The notes under the pieces are model-generated. The model worked only from the letters and a program-made list of their open reading frames with translations, searched no databases and was not told the origin of the DNA. A program made the position numbers and the translations under genes. Positions 1-7,343 of a stretch of DNA of 59,367 nt are shown in pieces; the first letter of the stretch is position 1, and every line of letters starts with the position of its first letter. Source of the stretch: a virus (Duplodnaviria > Caudoviricetes); the IMG/VR virus record IMGVR_UViG_3300037244_000010, positions 1 to 59,367 of that record; one strand, given 5' to 3'.

Positions 1-340
1 CCGGGGCCTTCGCCTTCTGGTAGGCTTCATAAGCCGGGGCCGTCGCCTTCTGGTAGGCTTCATAAGCCGGGGCCTTCGCCTTCTGGTAGGCTTCATAAGC
101 CGGGGCCGTCGCCTTCTGGTAGGCTTCCTCAGCCGGGGCCTTCGCCTTCTGGTAGGCTTCATAAGCCGGGGCCGTCGCCTTCTGGTAGGCTTCCTCAGCC
201 GTGGCCATCGCCTTCTGGTAGGCTTCATAAGCCGGGGCCGTCGCCTTCTGGTAGGCTTCATAAGCCGGGGCCGTCGCCTTCTGGTAGGCTTCATAAGCCG
301 GGGCCTTCGCCTTCTGGTAGGCTTCATAAGCCGGGGCCGT
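1..340. repeat. 33-bp coding tandem repeat (~10 units), continued at the right end of the window
   Basis: Unit ccggggcc(t/g)tcgccttctggtaggcttcataag repeated head-to-tail with few substitutions; on the - strand it reads AYEAYQKA(K/T)AP. Confidence 0.97.
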
Positions 341-511
341 CCATTGATACCCGCAAGCGTTCAGTAGCCATTCAAGCCAATCGCCACGTTCGCAAGTATT
401 CCATATCGTCAAGAGGTCCAGACCTTTTGACCACCGGCGGGACTCGCCACATGCGCCTTCATCGCGCAACCACTTCGCAAATGCTTCTGCTTCAATTGGA
501 GGCTGTCTCAC
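1..511 (-). CDS. Repeat-containing hypothetical protein, 5' part (continues across the window junction)
   Basis: Not in the ORF track. GTG at 511 overlaps the TAG of the HTH gene (TAGTG). Manual translation: MRQPPIEAEAFAKWLRDEGACGESRRWSKGLDLLTIWNTCERGDWLEWLLNACGYQWTAP, then 11-aa repeats; frame open to base 1. Confidence 0.85.
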   Translation of the reverse strand, partial: MRQPPIEAEAFAKWLRDEGACGESRRWSKGLDLLTIWNTCERGDWLEWLLNACGYQWTAPAYEAYQKAKAPAYEAYQKATAPAYEAYQKATAPAYEAYQKAMATAEEAYQKATAPAYEAYQKAKAPAEEAYQKATAPAYEAYQKAKAPAYEAYQKATAPAYEAYQKAKAP

Positions 512-729
512 TACTTCACCTTTCCTTTCGGTGCCCGCACGTAAGCATCGGGCAGTTGGATGAAACCTACACGCAAGGCCAACTCAGCCGTAAGCGCCTT
601 CTTACCCATCAGGACTTGAGAGATGTACTGGGGCGTGTATCCGAGTCCTGCTGCCACTTTGCTTTGGTTGGACTTTGCAATGAGGTCACGAAGGGCCTGC
701 ATCACGTCGTCTTTGTCGTATTTCCTCAT
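511..729 (-). CDS. Cro/XRE-like HTH transcriptional regulator
   Basis: 72 aa; QSKVAAGLGYTPQYISQVLMGKK is an HTH_3-like motif. Confidence 0.8.
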   Translation of the reverse strand: MRKYDKDDVMQALRDLIAKSNQSKVAAGLGYTPQYISQVLMGKKALTAELALRVGFIQLPDAYVRAPKGKVK

Positions 730-736
730 AGCCGCA

Positions 737-766
737 ACTGTAACCGAACGGTTGTGAGCGTGTCAA
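737..766 (-). promoter_or_regulatory. Sigma70-type promoter of the HTH gene with palindromic operator; probably leaderless mRNA
   Basis: On the - strand TTGACA-18-TACAGT lies 7 nt before the ATG; palindrome AACCG-aa-CGGTT at 742-753 overlaps the spacer. Confidence 0.6.
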
Positions 767-775
767 GCGGAAAGT

Positions 776-1042
776 TTACCGCGTTGCCGTACTCAAATCC
801 CTAATTCTGCTAAATGGAATGAAAGCATCAGATTCAGAGGAGTGAATGCCGCGCTCAATCCAGTAGCATGTAGGGCATACCGGACCACCGCCCCATTCGC
901 CTTTGTAGTTGTCAGGTACGACTTCATCCTCATACCTTGCGACTCCAAAACTCGGCGCGGATGGAGGCTGTTCAGATGTGCGACCGCAAATGACGCACTC
1001 AATCACATATCGCTGCAAATCAATGACCGTTATGTTGCTCAT
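776..1042 (-). CDS. Hypothetical protein with CxxC...CxxC (Zn-binding)
   Basis: ORF coupled to the antirepressor stop (ATGA); CVIC and CPTC motifs. Confidence 0.65.
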   Translation of the reverse strand: MSNITVIDLQRYVIECVICGRTSEQPPSAPSFGVARYEDEVVPDNYKGEWGGGPVCPTCYWIERGIHSSESDAFIPFSRIRDLSTATR

Positions 1043-1779
1043 TCGAAGAACTCCCCTTGCCCATCAGGACCCAAACCGGCGACTTTTGGAGTCAGCCACG
1101 TTATCCCGCGCCCGGTTACGTACACCTGGGCGTAGATGCTGTGTTCTTCGCCCCGCATGTATGGCCGCTCTTTGACTACAAACCGATTGGGAATGTACTG
1201 CTGCAATGGCATGTTGTGAACGTCGAAGATGTGCTCCTGGCGGAGGAAACGAAATAAGCGACTGCGACCTGTCCCGATGATCTTCGCAGCCTCGCTCATG
1301 GTATGGAGTCCCTCGGCGTCGTTGATGCGGTCCACGATCAAAGCCTTGGGCCGCAGGACTCCATTCTCCGCTTCGAGCAGTTGCTTTGCCTCTACGGTCG
1401 CCACCAGCTCTTTGAGGGCGTCCAAGTAGGTAGATGGAAGCGCTGGAGCGGACTTTGCCAGTGCGATATGCTCACACTCGATGAAATACTGCCTCGCCTG
1501 CTTTCCGCGCTCATTGCGCTCCACCATGGAAAGTTCTTTCGCCATATCGATCGAAATTGCGTATTCTTTCGACGGGCGCCCACCGGTGAGGTTTTCCCCG
1601 GAACTGGTGAAAACTAAAAAGTCTGAGTTTTCAACGAATTCGTACTGGTAGATGCGGGACTTGATCCATGTGGAGAAGTCTTTTCCGACCTGTAGAAAAT
1701 TGTGAAGTTCACGCGCGTCAACCGTTGGGATTGACTCATCCTTGAATTGTTTGTTTGATACTTTGATAAGTTCGTTCAC
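1039..1779 (-). CDS. antA: Phage antirepressor (AntA/AntB N-domain + KilAC/ANT C-domain)
   Basis: VDARELHNFL..DFSTWIK..GGRPSKEYAISIDMAKELSMVERNERGKQARQYFIECE; C-terminal AAKIIGTGRSRLFRFLR..VTGRG; GTG start at 1779 overlaps the RNase H stop. Confidence 0.9.
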   Translation of the reverse strand: MNELIKVSNKQFKDESIPTVDARELHNFLQVGKDFSTWIKSRIYQYEFVENSDFLVFTSSGENLTGGRPSKEYAISIDMAKELSMVERNERGKQARQYFIECEHIALAKSAPALPSTYLDALKELVATVEAKQLLEAENGVLRPKALIVDRINDAEGLHTMSEAAKIIGTGRSRLFRFLRQEHIFDVHNMPLQQYIPNRFVVKERPYMRGEEHSIYAQVYVTGRGITWLTPKVAGLGPDGQGEFFE

Positions 1780-2249
1780 TTCGATTCCTCCGGTTGAATC
1801 CTGAAGACCACGCCTTTGTCTTTGAGTACCTGCTTTGACAGGACATCGCAAATCTCGTTCTTATCCCGCGGCACCCAATCGAACTTGATGCGGTCCTCGT
1901 TGCCTTTGAGAAGCTGAATAGCCTCGTCATAGAAAGGCTTATAGAGGCCGCCTTTCATCTTCCACTTGCCCGCGTACCCCAGTCGCCGCGCCGCATCGGC
2001 CGACAGGTGGCAAATCACCAAACGCGAGTCGCCACGAATATGGATCTTGCCGGGATACTTCAACGCTTCCCGCAACGCCGCGCAAAATCCAGAGTATTCG
2101 GCCACATTGTTGCTCATCTTTGGGCCTACTCCGCAATAGCCGTTTCCCTCGTAGACGCTCACTCCGTCAACGAAAACAGCCGCTCCCCATGCTGCGTGAC
2201 CACCAGGATTCCTCGGTTCGCAGCAGCCATCAAACCACGCTTCTATCAT
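1776..2249 (-). CDS. rnhA: Ribonuclease HI-like protein
   Basis: Catalytic motifs FDGCCEPRNPGG, SNNVAEY, GDSRLV, WVPRDKNEICDVLS. Confidence 0.9.
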   Translation of the reverse strand: MIEAWFDGCCEPRNPGGHAAWGAAVFVDGVSVYEGNGYCGVGPKMSNNVAEYSGFCAALREALKYPGKIHIRGDSRLVICHLSADAARRLGYAGKWKMKGGLYKPFYDEAIQLLKGNEDRIKFDWVPRDKNEICDVLSKQVLKDKGVVFRIQPEESK

Positions 2250-2698
2250 CGGACCGTTCCTTTCTTTGGTAGAACTTATCAACCCCGTCAGGACGCAAGT
2301 AACTTTGGCTCAAGAGCCCGTCTACCTGCTTATTAAATTGAATTCCAGAGTGTTTGCGCTCTATTGGAGTCCTGAAGATGATCGCTACCCCATCGACAGA
2401 AAACCTCTACACAGGACCAATCGGCAGCAGCTAGCTGTGGTTCCGATTCCGGCGTTTTCGCGGGCTGGAGATCAATCCCCAGGTCATGCGCCCAAAGTTA
2501 GCAAAAGCATTTGCGCTCTACACTGAAACCCGTGCCGAGGCGCAAGAATGCGATTGAAGAAGAGCAAGCCGAATTGTCGGGGTCTTTTTCATTTGCCTCT
2601 TGAATCCCTCAGCGATTGCAGAATAGACCAATTCCGCTCAGTACGTCAAATTATTTTTTAGGATTGCGTTATAAAGTTCTCGGTTGCACAACATCTGG

Positions 2699-2707
2699 TG
2701 GTATGAT
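2699..2707 (+). promoter_or_regulatory. Extended -10 promoter element upstream of dps
   Basis: TGgTATGAT in the divergent intergenic region between the two genome arms. Confidence 0.4.
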
Positions 2708-2830
2708 TACTGACGTGGGGGAGAAGTGGCGCAACTCCCTTCATCCGGCCTCGCCCTCAGCAAGCGTAACCGACACCCCCACACCTCTTTCAGAGTAACA
2801 ACCCGAAGAAGCCAGACTCCGAGCGCTGGC

Positions 2831-2864
2831 ACAGGAACCCGGCCAACCAGCCGGGTTTTCTGTT
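2831..2864 (+). terminator. Intrinsic terminator-like hairpin upstream of dps
   Basis: aacccggc-caacca-gccgggtt followed by ttctgtt. Confidence 0.55.
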
Positions 2865-2910
2865 GGGCATCAGGACCCAAAACGCTTACAATGTCTGCGA
2901 GGTGACTACC

Positions 2911-3408
2911 ATGGAATTCCCAAACGTAGACGGAGGCTCAAACGTGCAAGATGGTTTCAGTCCTGCGAACGTTGATAAGCTCTCTGAATCGTTGAACGCG
3001 CTGCTGGCCGACTGCTTCGCTTTGTACCTGAAGACAAAGAACTTCCACTGGCACATGACCGGCCCGCACTTCCGCGACTGGCACCTGATGCTGGACGAGC
3101 AAGCCGCGCAAATCTACAGCATCACCGACGACATTGCGGAGCGGGTGCGGAAGATCGGCGGGACCACAATCAAGTCAATTGGACAGATTGCCCGTTTGCA
3201 GCGGATTCAGGACTCAGATGAGCCCGGCCCGGCACCCGAGGACATGCTCAAGGAGCTTCTGGCCGACAACAGGACCCTTATCACCCAACTGCGGAGCGCC
3301 CATACGGTCTGTGCCCTGGCCGACGACTACGCCTCAACTGCGATGATTGAGGTGTGGATCGACGAAGCGGAGCGGCGCGCGTGGTTCCTCTTCGAGGCGA
3401 CTCGATGA
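2911..3408 (+). CDS. dps: Dps family ferritin-like DNA protection protein
   Basis: LYLKTKNFHWHMTGPHFRDWHLMLDEQ..DDIAER ferroxidase signature; GAGGTG RBS before ATG 2911. Confidence 0.95.
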   Translation: MEFPNVDGGSNVQDGFSPANVDKLSESLNALLADCFALYLKTKNFHWHMTGPHFRDWHLMLDEQAAQIYSITDDIAERVRKIGGTTIKSIGQIARLQRIQDSDEPGPAPEDMLKELLADNRTLITQLRSAHTVCALADDYASTAMIEVWIDEAERRAWFLFEATR

Positions 3409-3608
3409 ACCCTGCCGATATTCTCAACGCTATCGGCGCGCTGCCGAGTGTCAAGACTGTGCATATGGCGAAGCTAATCTCATCTACCGGGGGAGTATCC
3501 CCGTGGTGCGCAAAGACTCCGCGGCGCATCAATCTCAAGAAGGCTTTGTGGACCAACCGATGGGAAGCTGTTACGTGTGCTAGATGCGTAAAAGCTAAAG
3601 CGAATTAA
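3405..3608 (+). CDS. Hypothetical protein (H..C..CxxC)
   Basis: ATGA-coupled to dps; VTCARC motif. Confidence 0.6.
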   Translation: MNPADILNAIGALPSVKTVHMAKLISSTGGVSPWCAKTPRRINLKKALWTNRWEAVTCARCVKAKAN

Positions 3609-3775
3609 GATGCTTTATAATCCCGTCATGGTGGTAAATCCAATGGCCGACAGGACCCAAAAGACACTACCCAAGCCCCGAGTCCAGCTCTTCGTACACC
3701 TCTTGGTGTGTGAGCGTGGCTCGGCCTTGCGTTCGGAGCGTGTCCTGATCCTGCCGGCGAAGCGGGCGGCGTAGC

Positions 3776-3970
3776 ATGGCTGTACTACAAAAGCCTTTGA
3801 CTATGGAAGACATCCGCGCGCTGAACGTGAACCATCACCGATGTGACGGGAAGACATGCTCTTGCCGGTGTCAACGCCGTTGGCTCATTGACGTGTGGGA
3901 AGTGTTCATGGGGCCTGACCCGCGTTGGGCATGTAGATGTCACTGCGACTTCAAGAAAACAAAGGTTTAA
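3776..3970 (+). CDS. Cys/His-rich hypothetical protein
   Basis: CSCRC and CRCHC motifs; immediately upstream of terS. Confidence 0.55.
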   Translation: MAVLQKPLTMEDIRALNVNHHRCDGKTCSCRCQRRWLIDVWEVFMGPDPRWACRCHCDFKKTKV

Positions 3971-3977
3971 TAAACTC

Positions 3978-4409
3978 ATGGCAAACCTCGTAAAAGGCCC
4001 TCCACCTCGTTCAAAACGCTCCCCTAAAACGCGCGCGAAGTTCCTTGAGGCTTTGAAGGCTACAGGGAACATCAGTAAATCGTGCAAGTTGAGCCGTCTA
4101 CCGAAGACATGCGCCTACGAGTGGCGCCGGCAGGATGAGGAGTTCCGGCAAGCGTGGGATGAAGCCCAAGTGGAGGGCGAGGCGGTGCTTGAGGATGAGG
4201 CGAAGCGCAGGGCCTATGAGGGCGTGAAGAAGCCGGTCTACCAGGGTGGGAAGCGCGTGGGCTATGTCCAGGAGTACAGTGATACGCTTTTGATCTTCCT
4301 GCTGAAGGGAACGAACAAGGCAAAGTTCGGTGACCGCACCACGCTGGCCGGCGACAAAGACAATCCAGTGCAGGTGAGCGTGCTCGATAGTATCCTCAAG
4401 GGAGAATGA
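3978..4409 (+). CDS. terS: Terminase small subunit
   Basis: KFLEALKATGNISKSC..AYEWR..F..AWDEA..LEDEAKRRA..EYSDTLLIFLLKG; coupled to terL. Confidence 0.85.
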   Translation: MANLVKGPPPRSKRSPKTRAKFLEALKATGNISKSCKLSRLPKTCAYEWRRQDEEFRQAWDEAQVEGEAVLEDEAKRRAYEGVKKPVYQGGKRVGYVQEYSDTLLIFLLKGTNKAKFGDRTTLAGDKDNPVQVSVLDSILKGE

Positions 4410-6136
4410 AGCCGCTCACTGTAGTACAGAAGGCCAAAATCCGTAGTACACTCGTGAACCCAGTCAAGTTTGTACTACATTGGCTGGGGTCCGACTTGTG
4501 GAGCGTGCAGAAAGAAATCGCCATGGCGCTCACAAAGCCCCAGGCGAAGGTCAACGTAAAAGCGTGCCATAGCAGCGGCAAAACTTTTGAAGCGGCGCAA
4601 CTCGCGCTTTGGTGGCTGGCCCGGTACGAGAACGCCATCGTGGTGACCACGGCACCCACGAAAAAGCAGGTCGAGGTCCTGATGTGGGGTGAAATCCACA
4701 AGGCCCTCGTCAAGAGCAAGTATCCCTTCCCATCTGCAAACCTCACCAAACTTGAGTTTGATAAGACCAAGTACCCGATGCGGTACGCGCTCGGATTCAC
4801 GACGACCGTCCAGCAACAGAACGAGGGTGTCAAGTTCCAAGGCTTCCACGCTGACCACGTGCTCGTCATCATCGACGAAGCTCCTGGCGTTGATCCGAAG
4901 ATCATCGAAGCGATCGAGGGCATCCGGGCTGGCGGCGATGTGCGCATCCTGAAGCTGGGCAACCCTACCATATCTTCTGGCGCCTTCTACGACGAGTTCC
5001 ACAGCAAGCGCGCCAGCATCCAACCGTTCACAATCTGCGCGTTCGACACACCCAACTTCAAAGGCATCAAGCTTTCATATGAGGCTCAGGACTCAGAAGG
5101 TGCCCCGATCACCGTAACGCTCGGTGATCCCGCCGGCCGCGACCTGATGGACCTGACAGAGGAAGAGCTTGACCAGAACGTGATGCCTTGGCTGACCACC
5201 AGGCGGTGGGTCAAAGAGCGGTTTGAGGAGTGGGGGCCGGGAGACTTCCGCTGGGATTCACGCGTGATGGGAGACTTCCCCTCTCAGAGTCCTGATGCCC
5301 TGCTGTCCCTGGCATGGCTCGAGCGCGCTCAACGGGACACGCGGACCTACGAGGGGAAGGTAGACATCGGCATCGACGTGGCGGGTCCTGGCGAGGATGA
5401 GACGGTGATGGTGGCGCGGTGCGGCTTCCAGATTCTCGAGATTGTCGGCTGGGGCAATCCAGATCCCCGCGGCGAACTGGTGAGCGCGCTCCGGAAGTAT
5501 GGAGACAGAATCGGGATCCTCAACGTTGACTCGGCCGGCATCGGATACTACTTGCACAAGCACCTCCAAGACCTTGGCTTTCCATCGAATGCTGTCAACG
5601 TGGGCGAGTCTCCGGCCGACAAAGAGCAGTTCGTGAACCTCAAAGCTGAGCTGTACTGGGGCCTGCGGATGCGCGCGAAGTCCGGAGACCTATCAGGACT
5701 CGACGACGAGACGACCATTTCCCAGCTTGCCAGCATCCGGTGGAAGCCGAACAGCCGGGGGCAAACAGAGATCGAGTCCAAGGAAGCGATGCGGAAGAGG
5801 GGCGTCAAGAGCCCGGACCGCGCCGAGGCGATCATGCTGGCATTTGCCAAGGTGGCAAAGAACGGCGCCGGGCTGCTGGAGTACTACCAGGGCATCACGG
5901 CGGTGCAAACTGGTGGAGAACAGGACTCAAACCCAAAGACTCCCGGCTTTAGACCTGCACCTACCGTCACTACGCCCGTCAAAGCACCGGCTCTGACCGC
6001 CTACAACCGCGCTATGGCTGCCCTTGCGCCCCAAGACCTTTGTGATCATTGCGGCAAACCTCTTGGCGATACCGTAGTTGAAGAGGGCATACGCCGGATG
6101 CACCCCGACTGCGCAAGGCCGTCGTGGGCGTCCTGA
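4406..6136 (+). CDS. terL: Terminase large subunit
   Basis: Walker A ACHSSGKT, Walker B VIIDEA, coupling motif LGNP, nuclease GIDVA..D..SPDRAEA. Confidence 0.95.
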   Translation: MKPLTVVQKAKIRSTLVNPVKFVLHWLGSDLWSVQKEIAMALTKPQAKVNVKACHSSGKTFEAAQLALWWLARYENAIVVTTAPTKKQVEVLMWGEIHKALVKSKYPFPSANLTKLEFDKTKYPMRYALGFTTTVQQQNEGVKFQGFHADHVLVIIDEAPGVDPKIIEAIEGIRAGGDVRILKLGNPTISSGAFYDEFHSKRASIQPFTICAFDTPNFKGIKLSYEAQDSEGAPITVTLGDPAGRDLMDLTEEELDQNVMPWLTTRRWVKERFEEWGPGDFRWDSRVMGDFPSQSPDALLSLAWLERAQRDTRTYEGKVDIGIDVAGPGEDETVMVARCGFQILEIVGWGNPDPRGELVSALRKYGDRIGILNVDSAGIGYYLHKHLQDLGFPSNAVNVGESPADKEQFVNLKAELYWGLRMRAKSGDLSGLDDETTISQLASIRWKPNSRGQTEIESKEAMRKRGVKSPDRAEAIMLAFAKVAKNGAGLLEYYQGITAVQTGGEQDSNPKTPGFRPAPTVTTPVKAPALTAYNRAMAALAPQDLCDHCGKPLGDTVVEEGIRRMHPDCARPSWAS

Positions 6137-6139
6137 AGA

Positions 6140-6197
6140 TGTAGTACAGATTTATCTTGCAATCCCGTGTTTTCCTGTACTACACTTTTGTACTACA
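6140..6197 (+). promoter_or_regulatory. Promoter with three TGTACTACA boxes (candidate RHH operator)
   Basis: TTGCAA-18-TACACT overlapped by 9-mers at 6140-6148 (inverted), 6176-6184 and 6189-6197; GGAGG RBS follows. Confidence 0.6.
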
Positions 6198-6212
6198 GGA
6201 GGAACCGACACC

Positions 6213-6386
6213 GTGAAACTCCACCGCATGATTGAGCGCACGCTGGACAAACTGCGAGACCACTCGCCTCAGGCGCACGAACTGGCCAAGGTGATCGCTG
6301 GCACGCTTTGGCAGGACGATGGAACGATTGACTACCGGCGTGAGCACGTGAACCTGCTGGCGGCTGAAATGAGGAAACACAAATGA
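6213..6386 (+). CDS. Hypothetical protein
   Basis: AGGAGG RBS then GTG; MKLHRMIERTLDKL... Confidence 0.65.
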   Translation: MKLHRMIERTLDKLRDHSPQAHELAKVIAGTLWQDDGTIDYRREHVNLLAAEMRKHK

Positions 6387-6538
6387 AGTGTAAGAACTGC
6401 GGAGAGGAAATCGAAGCTATCGCCTATCACGGGCATACGTGGCGCCACATCAAGACGGCACTATTTATGTGCATGAAAGACAGGAAGCCCGTTCGCGGGT
6501 CTAAGTGCTATTTTGAAGCTGAACCGGAGGCCAAATGA
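6383..6538 (+). CDS. Small Zn-binding hypothetical protein
   Basis: Below the ORF-track cutoff; MKCKNCGEEIE..WRH..C; ATGA-coupled on both sides. Confidence 0.6.
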   Translation: MKCKNCGEEIEAIAYHGHTWRHIKTALFMCMKDRKPVRGSKCYFEAEPEAK

Positions 6539-7071
6539 GCGTACACATCAACATCCGCATACCGGACGAGTTGGCGGCAAGGATTGACGAACGGGCCAAA
6601 GCGGAGTCAATGAGCCAGACGGCGGTGATCGTGAATTGGCTTTGGTCTGCATCGTCTCCCACTGTCATTCAGGTGCCGCCGATGAGTCCTGAAGTCGTTG
6701 CTGAATTCCAGAAGGCTATGGACGCGCAACCGCAGGGCAAGATTACGGCTATGGGTGGGATGCGAGACAGCCCGAAGCGGCTCAAGCCGGTTACCGCCCT
6801 CGTCAGGACCCCCAAAAAAGTCTTCGGCCCCAGCCGTCTCGAAGCGATCCTCCCTGATTTGGCGATTGCCGCTGGAGTTTGGCATGGAGCGCCGCCGAAG
6901 AACCTGAAACTGGCACGCGAGACCAAACCTAAGCGCGGCCTTGGCAGGACTCAAAAGCCAAAGGACGGAACCGTAAGTGAACAGACGCAAGGATGGATTG
7001 ACGTTATCAAAGGCAAGCCACTGGTAACCCACGCACCGGGCTGCAAGTGCCTGATGTGCCAAGGAAAGTGA
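6535..7071 (+). CDS. Ribbon-helix-helix (Arc/CopG-like) DNA-binding protein with C-terminal HxxxCxCxxC
   Basis: N-terminus SVHINIRIPDELAARIDERAKAESMSQTAVI. Confidence 0.75.
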   Translation: MSVHINIRIPDELAARIDERAKAESMSQTAVIVNWLWSASSPTVIQVPPMSPEVVAEFQKAMDAQPQGKITAMGGMRDSPKRLKPVTALVRTPKKVFGPSRLEAILPDLAIAAGVWHGAPPKNLKLARETKPKRGLGRTQKPKDGTVSEQTQGWIDVIKGKPLVTHAPGCKCLMCQGK

Positions 7072-7077
7072 GTAGCG

Positions 7078-7317
7078 ATGAAATATTCAGATTTCTATGG
7101 AAAAGATGAGCGTCCATTTTTGATACCGTACATGGATGATCGGGCTAGACTTACTGGGTATTTCCGGGAGCACATGGAATCGCCAATTCTTCCGCCAAAC
7201 CCCACGGTATTCATAAGCCGGAGAAGTAAACTATGGGAATCGGTATGCCAAGGGTGCGGATGCATTAACGGCCACCTCCCAGAAATGCACAAAAGAACTG
7301 GAATCCCTATCGGTTGA
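7078..7317 (+). CDS. Hypothetical protein
   Basis: ORF fills the gap before the portal gene; CQGCGC motif. Confidence 0.5.
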   Translation: MKYSDFYGKDERPFLIPYMDDRARLTGYFREHMESPILPPNPTVFISRRSKLWESVCQGCGCINGHLPEMHKRTGIPIG

Positions 7318-7343
7318 TACACTAGACCACGGGAGCACACACC

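Noticed and set aside
1-340. CRISPR array or terminal repeat
   Set aside because: Units are contiguous with no unique spacers, length is a multiple of 3 and they encode an in-frame protein; no cas operon.
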